Source: Deltaproteobacteria bacterium (GTDB taxonomy: Bacteria; Myxococcota_A; UBA9160; SMWR01). From it: a stretch of 64,000 bases of DNA. A program made the translations under genes and the position numbers. The notes under the pieces are model-generated. The model made no database searches. It worked only from the letters and a program-made list of their open reading frames with translations, and was not told the origin of the DNA. Shown here piece after piece: positions 8,185 to 18,027 of the stretch (its first letter is position 1; every line of letters starts with the position of its first letter). The stretch is taken from the NCBI GenBank assembly GCA_032128115.1, contig JAQBHB010000093.1, positions 160,001 through 224,000 on the forward strand, written 5' to 3'.

Positions 8185-11100
8185 TGCAGGCGCTCGTCAC
8201 CTGGTTCGCGCGAAACCCGGTCGCAGCCAATCTCCTGATGGCCTTCATCGTGGTCGCGGGCGGGGTCAGCATCGCGACCCTGCGCCAGGAAACGTTTCCC
8301 AACGTCGCGTTCGACATGATCCACATCGGCGTGGTGCACCCGGGCGCGGCCCCCGATGAGGTCGAAGAGGCCATCTGCGTCCGCATCGAAGAGGCCATCC
8401 ACGGCGTGCCGGGCATCGACCGCATCTTCTCGGAGGCGTCCGAGGGCATGGGTGCCGTATGGGCGCAGCTCCAGGTGGACGCCGATCCGCGGCAGGTGGT
8501 GGAGGAGATCAAGAATCGCATCGATGCGCTCGACACCCTTCCGGAAGCCGCCGAGAAGCCGGTGGTCAGCGAGCTGATCGACGACTCGGTGCTCCTCGGC
8601 CTTGCCGTGTACGGCGACCGAGACGAAGCCACCCTGCGCGCCCTGGCCGAACGCCTGCGAGATGGCGTCACGGCGCTGCCCCAGGTGAGCCGCGCCGAGC
8701 TGGTGGGCGTGCGTCCCTACGAGCTGACCCTCCAGGTGTCGGAGCGAGACCTGCGCCGCCACGGGCTCGATTTCGACGATCTGGTGAGCGCCGTGCGCGC
8801 GTCTTCCCTCGACCTGTCGGGCGGCTCGCTCAAGACGCGCTCCGGCGAGATCCTGGTGCGGGCCCAGGGCCAGGCCCACCGCGGCCCCGAGTTCGAACGC
8901 CTGGTGCTCCTCACCCGGAGCGATGGCACGCGCCTGTACCTGGGGGATGTGGCCCGGGTGGTAGACGGCTTTGCGGAAACCGAGGAGAAGGTCCGTCTCA
9001 ACGGGAAGCCGGCGGCGGTCGTACGCGTACTCACGAGCGAAAAGGAGAACGTTCTGGAGATCTCGCGGGCGGTGCGCGCCTACGTCGAATCGGAGCGCCA
9101 GACCCTGCCGGATGGCGTGCACCTGACCCGATGGCACGACCAGTCCGCGGCCTTCGAGAGTCGGCGCGAGCTGCTGCTTCGCAACGGCGCCCAGGGGCTC
9201 GCGTTGATCCTGCTGGTGCTGGCGCTCTTCCTGCGCCTGCGGTTGGCGAGCTGGGTGGCGATGGGGATACCCATCTCGTTCCTGGGTGCCCTGGCCGCCA
9301 TGGCCGCCTTCGACGTCTCCATCAACATGATGTCCCTCTTCGGCTTCATCGTGGCCCTGGGTCTGGTGGTGGACGACGCCATCATCATTGGCGAGAACGT
9401 GGAGCGCCATCAGCGTGCCAGCGGGGAACGCCTCCAGGGCGCCATCGACGGTGTGGTGGAGGTGGCGGTGCCGGTCACGGCGGCGGTCCTCACCACCGTC
9501 TTCTTCGTGATGCCGACGCTGACGCTCCCCACCAAGATCGGCAAGATATCCGCCTCGCTGGGCCTGGTGGTCATTGCATGCCTGATCATTTCCCTGGTGG
9601 AATCCCTGCTCATCCTGCCGGCACACCTGGCCGGAGACTCGCGGCGCGAATCGGCGCCCGGGCCTTCGCGTGGCGTGTGGGCTGCGGTAGTGCGCAGCCA
9701 GAGCCGTTTCGAGGCTGCTGTCGAGAGTTTCATCGAGCGCCGTTACCGGCCTGTTCTCGAACGGTGTCTGCGTTGGCCCGTGCTCACGCTGGCGGTCGGC
9801 GCCGCGATCCTGATGCTGGCGGTGGGCAGCATCGCGGGCGGCTGGGTCCGGTACAGCTTCCTGCCGGACATGGAAGACGATTACGTGACGGCGCGTCTCG
9901 TGATGCCCCAGGGCACGCCTCCCGAGGCCGTCGAGGCCGGTGTCCAGCGCATCGAGCGGGAGGCGCTGCAGCTCGAACGGGCGATCGAGGCCGAGGCGGG
10001 CGGGGCCGAGATCTTCCGTAACGTGCTCGTGGCGATCGGTGACCCGCCGTACCAGTACAACGACTTCCAGGGCAGCGGCGACGATTCGAGCGTGGCCAAC
10101 GTGCGGATCGGGCTCGTACCCGGCGAGGAGCGCCAGATTTCGAGCCTGGAGATCGAGGACCGCTGGCGCGCGGCCGTAGGTCCGATCCCCGGCGCGCAAT
10201 CGCTCGTCTTCAGCGGCACGGATCTGAACGACGTTGCCATCGACATTTCCCTGGCAGGGATCGATCGAGCCTCGCTGCGCCGCGCGGCCGAGGAACTCGG
10301 GGTCGCTCTTGCCCGGGAGCCGGGCGTGCGCGAGGTGAGCGACAGCCTGAGCGGTGGCAAGCACGAACTCGCGCTGCACATGCGTCCCGAGGCCGAAGCC
10401 CTGGGACTCAGCCTGGCGGAGGTCACGCGCCAGATCCGCCAGGGCCTTCACGGCGAAGAAGTGCAACGCATCCAGCGCGGGCGTGACGATGTGGCGGTGG
10501 TGGTGCGCTACCCGCCGGAAGAGCGCACCTCGCTGCAGAACCTGGAGGACATCCGGATCCGCGTGCCCGGGGGAGGCGGCGAGATTCCGTTCCCGGCGGT
10601 GGCCCGGGCGGAGTTGACGCGGGGATATTCGAAGATCGAGCGTCGCGATCGCAGGACCCAGGTGGCGGTCATGGCCAACGTGGACAAGGACGTCACGAGC
10701 GCTGGCGAAGTCGTGGCGAAGATCGAGGCGGGCGCGCTTCCGAGCCTGATGGAGCGCTATCCTGGCCTGGAATACGACCTCTTCGGGGCCTCGCGCGAGG
10801 AGGCGGAGATGAGTGCCAGCCTGGCAAAGGGCTGGCTGCTGGCGCTCTTTGCCTCCTATGCCCTGTTGGCGGTGCCGCTGCGTTCGTATCTGCAGCCGCT
10901 GCTGATCCTGTTGGCGATCCCCTTCGGGTTGGTGGGCGGAGTCCTGGGGCACGCCCTGCTGGGTCTCACCTTCTCGGGATTCTCGTTGGTGGGACTGGTC
11001 GCGCTCACGGGTGTCGTGGTGAACGACGCCCTGGTGCTGATGGATCGAGCCAATCGCCTGCGCGGCGAGGGCGTACCGGTGCACGCGGCGCTGTGCCAGG

Positions 11101-11369
11101 CGGCCACCACCCGCTTCCGGGCGATCGCGCTGACCTCCACCACCACGTTCATCGGACTGCTTCCGTTGCTGTTCGAGCGCTCGGCCCAGGCGGCCTGGCT
11201 CAAGCCCATGGCCGTGACCCTGGGCTTCGGTGTCATGTTCGCCACGCTGATCACGTTGCTTCTCGTGCCCGCCGCCTACCTGCTGCTCGAGGAGGCGACC
11301 GAGTCCGTGGGCGTCGTAACCAGGTTGAAAGGCAGCGGGTTCAGTCGCCCGGCCACAGCCGCTCGATGA
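8184..11369 (+). CDS. RND efflux permease (AcrB/AcrD/AcrF family)
   Basis: FARNPVAANLLM, GLVVDDAIIIGEN, GVVVNDALV and TRFRAIALTS motifs; about 1060 aa. Confidence 0.95.
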   Translation: MQALVTWFARNPVAANLLMAFIVVAGGVSIATLRQETFPNVAFDMIHIGVVHPGAAPDEVEEAICVRIEEAIHGVPGIDRIFSEASEGMGAVWAQLQVDADPRQVVEEIKNRIDALDTLPEAAEKPVVSELIDDSVLLGLAVYGDRDEATLRALAERLRDGVTALPQVSRAELVGVRPYELTLQVSERDLRRHGLDFDDLVSAVRASSLDLSGGSLKTRSGEILVRAQGQAHRGPEFERLVLLTRSDGTRLYLGDVARVVDGFAETEEKVRLNGKPAAVVRVLTSEKENVLEISRAVRAYVESERQTLPDGVHLTRWHDQSAAFESRRELLLRNGAQGLALILLVLALFLRLRLASWVAMGIPISFLGALAAMAAFDVSINMMSLFGFIVALGLVVDDAIIIGENVERHQRASGERLQGAIDGVVEVAVPVTAAVLTTVFFVMPTLTLPTKIGKISASLGLVVIACLIISLVESLLILPAHLAGDSRRESAPGPSRGVWAAVVRSQSRFEAAVESFIERRYRPVLERCLRWPVLTLAVGAAILMLAVGSIAGGWVRYSFLPDMEDDYVTARLVMPQGTPPEAVEAGVQRIEREALQLERAIEAEAGGAEIFRNVLVAIGDPPYQYNDFQGSGDDSSVANVRIGLVPGEERQISSLEIEDRWRAAVGPIPGAQSLVFSGTDLNDVAIDISLAGIDRASLRRAAEELGVALAREPGVREVSDSLSGGKHELALHMRPEAEALGLSLAEVTRQIRQGLHGEEVQRIQRGRDDVAVVVRYPPEERTSLQNLEDIRIRVPGGGGEIPFPAVARAELTRGYSKIERRDRRTQVAVMANVDKDVTSAGEVVAKIEAGALPSLMERYPGLEYDLFGASREEAEMSASLAKGWLLALFASYALLAVPLRSYLQPLLILLAIPFGLVGGVLGHALLGLTFSGFSLVGLVALTGVVVNDALVLMDRANRLRGEGVPVHAALCQAATTRFRAIALTSTTTFIGLLPLLFERSAQAAWLKPMAVTLGFGVMFATLITLLLVPAAYLLLEEATESVGVVTRLKGSGFSRPATAAR

Positions 11370-13122
11370 GACGGCTCATTTCCTCGGCAGTGGTGCCGGT
11401 AAGCACCTCGCTTCCCGCGAGCATGGCCCGTTTTCCCACCCGGTACTGGTGAAGCGTCAATTCCCACGGCCCCTCTGAGTTCGCCCAGGTGTTCCGAGCG
11501 GCACGGGCATACGCGAGGCTCAGCATCTGACGGTTCACGTCGAGATCGGGAATCACGATGCGGCGCGCGAAATATGGCGCGATCGCGTCCGCGGCGGGAA
11601 GGAAGGGAAGATTTCGATACGATGCCGGTGTTTTCGCGTCCACGTGGCCCGAGATGAACGCTGCGAACCGGTTCGGCGCAACCAGAAGATTGCGACCGAT
11701 GGCGTGGACATCCAGCGGCGAGTCGAACCCCAGCGCGGCCGACACTTCTCGCGCGAATTCCAGGTCGATCCGTGCGTGGCGAGAATCCGAGTAGCGCAGA
11801 TCGGATCGGGCTGGTCTGGATGGCTCGTTGCAGCTGGGTTGTTCGCCCTCGTTCCAACCGGCGCTGAATCGGTCCGGCCAGTAGGGCCACAAGGCGATTC
11901 CGTCCACGATCTCGATCTCGCCCTCGATGAAGGTCCAGATCGCTGCGGCGCGAGCGAGGAAGCGCCGATCTCCGGTCCATTCGTGCAACTCGAGCGCCAA
12001 CAGCCCGACCAGGCTCTGGTGGTTGAGAGGGGCAACGATCCCGTCGAATTCGTGCGCGGTGCACGGGGTGAAGCGGTAGGAGTCGAGCCAATCGTCCTCG
12101 AAGCTGTCGAGCATCGTGATGGCCGAGCCCAGCACGCGATCCCGGAGCGCAGGCGTCAGCCGGGGCAGGGCACGGATCAGCCCCAGGTAGATCCCCGCGT
12201 TGTTGATCAGCAGGGCGATGGGCGTTTCGCGGTCGATGCTGTACTTGCCGCTGTTGAGGCGACCGTTCCCATCGGCCTGATCGAGAATCGCATGCGCCGC
12301 CTCCTCCAGGATCGCGTCGAATCGGGAGGTGCCCGTCAGGGCAGCCAACTGGGCCATGGCATCGATCCGGTAGCGGGTATTCCAGGCCAGGCGGCCCAGG
12401 TCATCGGATCCGTATGCGAGCGGCTCACCGAACTGGCTGCGAGTCAGCTCGAGCATTGCGAAGTAGACCGCAATCGCGGCTGCGGAGCCCGTGACCTCCA
12501 CGATCGATGGCTTGGAATCCTCTTGAACCAGGTGCAAGGAGTCGGGACTCTCCATCAAGACCTGGAGCGAACCCTTGTTCCGGGGGCGGGCTACCACGAA
12601 GCGATCCGCCTCCGCGTCGAAGCCGAGAATCAGGGGGCGGCCGCGGTGATCGGCGACGATACGATCGGCGTAGAAGGGAAGCTCGTGACAGATGGCAACC
12701 GAGTCGTCCCGGCGTTGCAGGCAGAGCGCCGATTCGTCGCTTGCGTAGTCGTATCGCAGCCACGCGAGCTGGCGCCGTAGAAACGTGGGCTGGGTGTGGA
12801 TCTGGTTCGGCCCGGCGCCGGCGATCCTCCCGTTTCGCCACACCACGGATTCGCGCACGGAGAGGGCCATCTGGGAGAAGGCGTACGAGCCGGATCGGTT
12901 TTCGGTGAGGTCGAACTCCACCCAGCGGTCCGACGTCACGGCGGCGCCGTCCCGGTAGACGTCGGTCGCACCGGCAGGCGCCACGCGGATCTCGATGGCG
13001 GGAGCGGACTTTCGTGATTCGCGCTCGAGCGCGACGAGGGACGTCGGAACGGCGCACACGAGGAGCGCTCCGAGCCAGGCCGTCCCGACGGCGAAGCGGG
13101 TGCGGGTGGCAGCCGAATGCAC
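11341..13122 (-). CDS. Secreted hypothetical protein, C-terminal half resembling an (alpha/alpha)-toroid / six-hairpin glycosidase-like fold
   Basis: 593-aa ORF, signal-peptide-like N-terminus, helical motifs such as LHEWTGDRRFLARAAAI and LWPYWP. Fold call is tentative. Confidence 0.6.
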   Translation of the reverse strand: MHSAATRTRFAVGTAWLGALLVCAVPTSLVALERESRKSAPAIEIRVAPAGATDVYRDGAAVTSDRWVEFDLTENRSGSYAFSQMALSVRESVVWRNGRIAGAGPNQIHTQPTFLRRQLAWLRYDYASDESALCLQRRDDSVAICHELPFYADRIVADHRGRPLILGFDAEADRFVVARPRNKGSLQVLMESPDSLHLVQEDSKPSIVEVTGSAAAIAVYFAMLELTRSQFGEPLAYGSDDLGRLAWNTRYRIDAMAQLAALTGTSRFDAILEEAAHAILDQADGNGRLNSGKYSIDRETPIALLINNAGIYLGLIRALPRLTPALRDRVLGSAITMLDSFEDDWLDSYRFTPCTAHEFDGIVAPLNHQSLVGLLALELHEWTGDRRFLARAAAIWTFIEGEIEIVDGIALWPYWPDRFSAGWNEGEQPSCNEPSRPARSDLRYSDSRHARIDLEFAREVSAALGFDSPLDVHAIGRNLLVAPNRFAAFISGHVDAKTPASYRNLPFLPAADAIAPYFARRIVIPDLDVNRQMLSLAYARAARNTWANSEGPWELTLHQYRVGKRAMLAGSEVLTGTTAEEMSRLIERLWPGD

Positions 13123-13177
13123 GGGTATCCCGAATCGGCAGATGGGACGAGGGGCTGAAGCCTGCCTGGGAGCGTCC

Positions 13178-13260
13178 GGGAGGGATCGGGGTCAGGGAGG
13201 GATCGGGTGAGGGAGCGATCGGGTCAGGGAGCGATCGGGGTCAGGGAGCGATTGGATCTG
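13178..13260. repeat. Five imperfect 16-17 bp tandem units (GGGAGCGATCGGGTCA) overlapping the stop of the TPR gene
   Basis: Units at 13178-13194, 13195-13210, 13211-13226, 13227-13243 and 13244-13260 (last one degenerate). Confidence 0.9.
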
Positions 13261-15169
13261 CCGGGATGGAGTCCTCCCGGAGGGGCTGGCGATCGAGATA
13301 GAGATCCCGGCGAGCGGCGAGATCTCGCCGGCGCCCCGCCGGCGCGGCTCGAATCGCCAGCGTCTGCCAGTGCACGGCCCCTGCGAAATCACCGTTTTCG
13401 GCGTGGGCTGCGGCAAGCGTGCCCAGGATGGCGGGCTTGCGGTGGCCGGTGGCGCCCGCGGCGCGGGAGGCCCAGTGGAGAGCCTCGGCACCGTCGCGCA
13501 GCGACGCGTCGCTGGATGTCGCGAGGATCCAGGCCAGGTTGTTGGCTGCCTCGACCGAATCGGAATCGATCTCCAGGGCCCGCCGATACTGATCGACGGC
13601 AGCGGGCCAGTCGCCGCGTTTGCTTGCCAGGGCAGCCAGTTTTCGGTGGGCTCGCGCCGGGTCGGGGTCGAGGGAAAACGCCTGCTCGTAGTGTCGGGCG
13701 GCCCCGGCGAAGTCACCGCGGCGTTCGAGCAGCGCAGCCAGGTTGTTGTGGGCTTCGGAGAATTCAGGATCGCTGTCGAGGGCGTGCCCGTAGGCGGCCT
13801 CCGCCGCGGCGAGGTCGCCTTGCGCGGCCGATACCGCCGCCATGCCGAAATGGGCGCGCGCGTGATCCGGGCGAAGTGCCAGGGCCTCGCGGTAGTGGCG
13901 CTCCGCCATCTCCCAGTGGCCGCTTGCCCGGTAGACCTCTCCGAGGCTCACATGGGGTTGCACGGCCTTCGGGTCGGAGGCCAGCCAGCGGGCATGAAAC
14001 ACCTGGTCATCGCGAAAGGTCTTCGCGCGGGCCAGACTGAAACCACCCCATACGAGCGTGAGGCCCAGGGCCGAAAGCGTTGCAACCCGACGCGTCGTCG
14101 GTCGTTCCCAGCCGGGCGATACCAGGGCGGCGGCCGCGCCCAGCCACCCCACCCCCGCGAGCAACGTGTAGCGTTCCGCGAAGGTTGCCTCCTGCATCAG
14201 GAAGTTCGCCGTGGGCAGCAGGGCGAGCCCGATCCAACCCAGCCAGAACCAGAGCACGCGCCGGGCGGATCGGTCGCGGCCGCGGGCGAGTCCTACGAAG
14301 CCGGCCACGACCACGGCGCACACGACCAGTCGGATCGGCGAGAGCCACACCTGTGTGCGTGGCTCGTAGCGAAGTTCCAGGTACGGGGTCAGCTGGGTCT
14401 GCAGGGCGTACACCCCGGAGAGCAGGGGGCCCCAGGGATTCTCGAAGAGGGCCCACCGGATCTCCTCTCCGCCGGGAAAGATCCACGATCGGAGCAGCGC
14501 GTAGCCGCCGGCGATGGCCACCACCGGCGCATAGCGCCGGAGCCAGCGACCCACGTCGCGGCCGGGGGGGGCGGAGGTCAGGCCCAGCCCATCGGCCAGT
14601 ACAAACAGCCCAGGCACCACCACGGCCTGTTCCTTGGAGAGCAGCGCCAATGCGAAGGCGACCAGTGCAGCGGCGTAGGCCACTGCTCCCGGACGCAGGA
14701 AGGCGTAGAGCGCCGCCAGCACGAAGACGGCGGGAATCAACGTCTCGCGTCCCGACGCGATGGGGTACACGCAGGACGAAGCCACCGGGTGCACGGCGAA
14801 CACGGCAGCGGCGAGAAGGGCCGGGCCCGGCGCGACCCGGAAAACAGGAAGCCTGAGCAGCGCGTAAAGCACGAGGGTCGCGATCGCCAACAACACCGTG
14901 TTGAAGGCGTGGTAGGCGGCGGGCGCGTTCCCGTGCAGGGCTTTTTGTGCCACCAGGGTCGAGCGGGAAATCGGACGATAATACGGGAGGTTGAACCAAT
15001 GCCGTTCACCGAATACACGAAACAGATCCGAGGCCGATTCCGGAGCCGGCGCGTCGATGATCAGGACGTGGTCGTCGTAGACGAACCCGTTCCGGAGCGA
15101 CGGTGCATAGAGCGCCAACACCCCCAGCACGAGGGCGGCCGGGCCCAGCCCGCCGCGCCAGGATTTCAG
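13241..15169 (-). CDS. TMTC-like GT-C membrane glycosyltransferase with C-terminal TPR repeats
   Basis: GFVYDDH, YYRP, FAVHP, LLSKEQA and AERY motifs, then TPR repeats (AHNNLA, AANNLAW). Start uncertain: CTG 15169 overlapping the upstream stop with GGAGG, or ATG 15223. Confidence 0.85.
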   Translation of the reverse strand: MKSWRGGLGPAALVLGVLALYAPSLRNGFVYDDHVLIIDAPAPESASDLFRVFGERHWFNLPYYRPISRSTLVAQKALHGNAPAAYHAFNTVLLAIATLVLYALLRLPVFRVAPGPALLAAAVFAVHPVASSCVYPIASGRETLIPAVFVLAALYAFLRPGAVAYAAALVAFALALLSKEQAVVVPGLFVLADGLGLTSAPPGRDVGRWLRRYAPVVAIAGGYALLRSWIFPGGEEIRWALFENPWGPLLSGVYALQTQLTPYLELRYEPRTQVWLSPIRLVVCAVVVAGFVGLARGRDRSARRVLWFWLGWIGLALLPTANFLMQEATFAERYTLLAGVGWLGAAAALVSPGWERPTTRRVATLSALGLTLVWGGFSLARAKTFRDDQVFHARWLASDPKAVQPHVSLGEVYRASGHWEMAERHYREALALRPDHARAHFGMAAVSAAQGDLAAAEAAYGHALDSDPEFSEAHNNLAALLERRGDFAGAARHYEQAFSLDPDPARAHRKLAALASKRGDWPAAVDQYRRALEIDSDSVEAANNLAWILATSSDASLRDGAEALHWASRAAGATGHRKPAILGTLAAAHAENGDFAGAVHWQTLAIRAAPAGRRRDLAARRDLYLDRQPLREDSIPADPIAP

Positions 15170-16284
15170 GGCGCCACCGCCTCCGGCGTGTGGAAGCCGT
15201 TGGGCTTGTAGACGCCGATGCACAGGTTTTCGTGCATGCCGTAGCCCACCTCACCGGTCGAGAGTTCGAAGCGGCACAGCGTCTCGTTCAGCAGGGAGAT
15301 CTGCTTGCGCATGGCCGGGTCCGAGAGATCCCAGGTGAGGCCCTCCACCTTGAGCGCGCCCTGGTACATGCCGTGTCCCCAGTCGCCCGAGGGCAGGTAG
15401 CCCGAGCCGGCGGCCAGGTACACCGTGCGCAGGGGCGTGTGGGTCATCGAGATCTCCCGGCCGGAAGGATGGGCGAAGCGGATCACGGCCTTTTCGATTT
15501 CGCGGGTTCCCGACTTGTAGGTGAACTCGTGGCGAGGCGTTCCCATCAGCTCGTCTTCCTTGTCGATGCCCAGGTTGTAGACCTTCTTCGACTCCTCGAT
15601 CATGCGCTTCCCGTTCTCGTCCTCCTCGAAGAAGACCTTCAGCATGAAGTCGTCGAACTGGGCGGGGATCCAGTTGTGGAAGAAGCCGTGGGAGCGTTGC
15701 ACCTTGACGCCGATGCCCGGGGGCACGCCCTCGCCCACGGGTCGGATGCCCCAGGAGTGGTCGCGCACGCCGTGCCAGGAGTCGGGCGTCACCGGGTAGG
15801 TCTGGCCGCCCACGCTGAGGGTTCCCGTGTAGCGACCCACCTGGGCGAAGCGCGACGAATCCATGGTGACGCGGCTGAACTGCCGGGTGGTCTGCCGGGG
15901 CTCTTCGATGGCGCGCACGGCGCCCTCGAAGGTGAGGTCGAAGGCGACACCCCACTCGTTCTCGTCGAGCTTCAGGCGCAGGGACTGCAGGCCCCGAATC
16001 ACCTGGATTCCGAACGGTCCCACCGTGGTGTCCAGTCGGTCCGAGCCCAGCTCTCGCGAGGCCCGCACCACGTAGAGGGTGTCAGCGTGGGAGATCGACA
16101 CGAAGGCATCGGTGACGCCCAGGTTCGGGTACTGCCCCATGCCCGTCACCAGGAACAGTTCGTCGCTCGAGGCGTGCATGTTGAAGTAGTAGCGGTCGTA
16201 GAAATTGCGATCGCTCGTGAATACGTAATCGAAGGTCTCGGGCGTCTGGTGGGCCAGCAGGTCGTCGGCAGGACTCAGGGGCAT
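15166..16284 (-). CDS. Conserved hypothetical protein (AttH/tocopherol-cyclase-like beta-barrel type)
   Basis: DDLLAHQTP..SDRNFYDRYYFN and GVRDHSWGIRPVGE motifs; GGAGG before ATG 16284. Confidence 0.7.
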   Translation of the reverse strand: MPLSPADDLLAHQTPETFDYVFTSDRNFYDRYYFNMHASSDELFLVTGMGQYPNLGVTDAFVSISHADTLYVVRASRELGSDRLDTTVGPFGIQVIRGLQSLRLKLDENEWGVAFDLTFEGAVRAIEEPRQTTRQFSRVTMDSSRFAQVGRYTGTLSVGGQTYPVTPDSWHGVRDHSWGIRPVGEGVPPGIGVKVQRSHGFFHNWIPAQFDDFMLKVFFEEDENGKRMIEESKKVYNLGIDKEDELMGTPRHEFTYKSGTREIEKAVIRFAHPSGREISMTHTPLRTVYLAAGSGYLPSGDWGHGMYQGALKVEGLTWDLSDPAMRKQISLLNETLCRFELSTGEVGYGMHENLCIGVYKPNGFHTPEAVAP

Positions 16285-16373
16285 GCCGAAATCCTCCATC
16301 CATGGGATCGGGCCGGGCGAGCGATCATTCTACCGGAGGGGAAGCGCGGCGAACATCGCTACTCTGCCGCGTC

Positions 16374-17966
16374 ATGAGACGACTCCACCGGATCTCCACG
16401 GGTTTCGTTCCGGAGTTGGCATTGGCAGTGGCTCTGGCCGTGGCATCCGGGGGCTGCCACGGCCAGGCGACGATCGCGGACCCCCTGACCGGAGTGCACA
16501 GGGCGGCGCTCGAACCGGAAAGCCCGGCGGGGAGCGCCCGGCTGCAGCGGAATCTGGTAGCCGAGGCACGAGACATCCAGTCGGGTCTGGCATCGCTGGC
16601 GCGCACGGGCGGCTGGCGAGAGCGGGGCTATTTCAGCGCGGCCGAGCACGACGCCATCGAGGGTCTGTTGTTCCGGTTCGTCGTGATGCACTCGGCACTG
16701 TGGGGCGAGTTCGACCGCTGGGGCGGGCTCCAACCTGCGCAGGTCCAGGGGATCGATCGGCCTCGGGCCCACGTGTTGGTGATGCACGCGGGCTGGTCCC
16801 TGGCGGCCTCGAGCGCCGGCCTGGTGGCGCAGTTCCAGGATGATCCGGTGGCGGTCGCAAAGATGAACGAGGCCTTCTACCGCTCCGAGATTCCGCGTGG
16901 CAGCTACGACGCGCTCCGACTCGCCGTGACCTCGCGGCGTCAGGACGCGCTGCGGGCCGCCTGGCACCTGCAGGAAGAAGCGATGGGGGAACCGGGGTCG
17001 CCGCTCTCGGAGCTGGCCGCAAGCGACCCGGCTTTCGCGGGCCTGCTGGCCGAGCTGCCCGGATTGCATGAGCAGGCGATCGCGAGCGCGCGACGCGTGG
17101 AGCAGCACCAGGACGACACGCGTGCGCAGGACGCGCTGGACCACAGCCGGGCCGCCTCCCTGGGGCGCGAGGTCGCCGAGAGCCTGGGCGATGCGGGCTA
17201 TGCCACCCGCGCCCTGCTCTTCAAGGACGTGAGCCGGGTCAAGAGCCCGACGGCGAACCTGATCGTGTTCTCATCGGACCAGAAGGGTCAGATCCACGCG
17301 GCACTCGAGCCGGGCGACATCATCCTGACCTATACGGCGGGCTACGTGAGCAGCGTATTCATCCCGGGAGAGTTCAAGCACGGGATCACCTACGTGGGCG
17401 GCGCGTCCGAGCGAGCCGCGGCCGGCCTGAGCGACGCGAGTCTGCCCGCGGCGGGCGAAGTCGAGGCTTCGCGGTTCGCAGCGAACCTGACGCGGGAGAC
17501 CCTGCCCGATGGCTCAGCGGCGGACCTGATCGAGGCGGTGGCCGAGGGGGTGAAGTTCAGCAACCTGGATCAGATCCTCGATACCCACATCAACCGGTTG
17601 GTGATTCTGCGACCGCGGATCGGAGACCGCGAGCGCGCCGAGTTCCTGGCTGGCGTCTTCGCCTACGTCGGAGACCCCTACGACTTCCGTTTCGACTTCG
17701 CTGATGCGTCCATGCAGGTGTGCACCGAGGTGATCTACCGCGCTCTCAACCGGAAGGGCGGTATCGAATTCGAATTGACGACCCGCGCCGGGCACCCGAC
17801 GCTGAGTGCCGATGACGTGGTGAACTACCACCTTTCGACCGGGGGCAACCGATTCGACTTCCTGCTCTACGCCGAGGAGGACCCGGATGCCGACGACCAC
17901 CGGGCCCGCGTGCTCGCCGGCGAAGTGGGCGCGAAGCGGATCCAGGCCCTGATGGCGACGCCCTGA
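16374..17966 (+). CDS. Lipoprotein with C-terminal permuted papain-like amidase (YiiX/YaeF-type NlpC/P60) domain
   Basis: Lipobox-like ASGGC; LEPGDIIL..IPGEFKHGITYVG (His precedes Cys), IEAVAEGV, PYDFRF..VCTEVIY. Confidence 0.8.
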   Translation: MRRLHRISTGFVPELALAVALAVASGGCHGQATIADPLTGVHRAALEPESPAGSARLQRNLVAEARDIQSGLASLARTGGWRERGYFSAAEHDAIEGLLFRFVVMHSALWGEFDRWGGLQPAQVQGIDRPRAHVLVMHAGWSLAASSAGLVAQFQDDPVAVAKMNEAFYRSEIPRGSYDALRLAVTSRRQDALRAAWHLQEEAMGEPGSPLSELAASDPAFAGLLAELPGLHEQAIASARRVEQHQDDTRAQDALDHSRAASLGREVAESLGDAGYATRALLFKDVSRVKSPTANLIVFSSDQKGQIHAALEPGDIILTYTAGYVSSVFIPGEFKHGITYVGGASERAAAGLSDASLPAAGEVEASRFAANLTRETLPDGSAADLIEAVAEGVKFSNLDQILDTHINRLVILRPRIGDRERAEFLAGVFAYVGDPYDFRFDFADASMQVCTEVIYRALNRKGGIEFELTTRAGHPTLSADDVVNYHLSTGGNRFDFLLYAEEDPDADDHRARVLAGEVGAKRIQALMATP

Positions 17967-18012
17967 CGACGAAAGAACAAGACGACGAGAGAACAAGACG
18001 ACGAAAGAACAA
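17965..18012 (+). repeat. Three 16-bp tandem units GACGACGA(A/G)AGAACAA
   Basis: Units at 17965-17980, 17981-17996 and 17997-18012, between the amidase stop and the enoyl-CoA hydratase RBS. Confidence 0.95.
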
Positions 18013-18027
18013 GACAAGGAAACACCC

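Noticed and set aside
7860..11084. Very long antisense ORFs (also 17746-20463, 50650-54096, 55890-57950)
   Set aside because: They mirror well-supported genes on the other strand; long stop-free antisense frames are expected in high-GC coding DNA.
13178..13260. Possible CRISPR array or iterons (also 17965-18012 and 22208-22278)
   Set aside because: Units are directly adjacent with no unique spacers, are shorter than CRISPR repeats, and there are no cas or rep genes.
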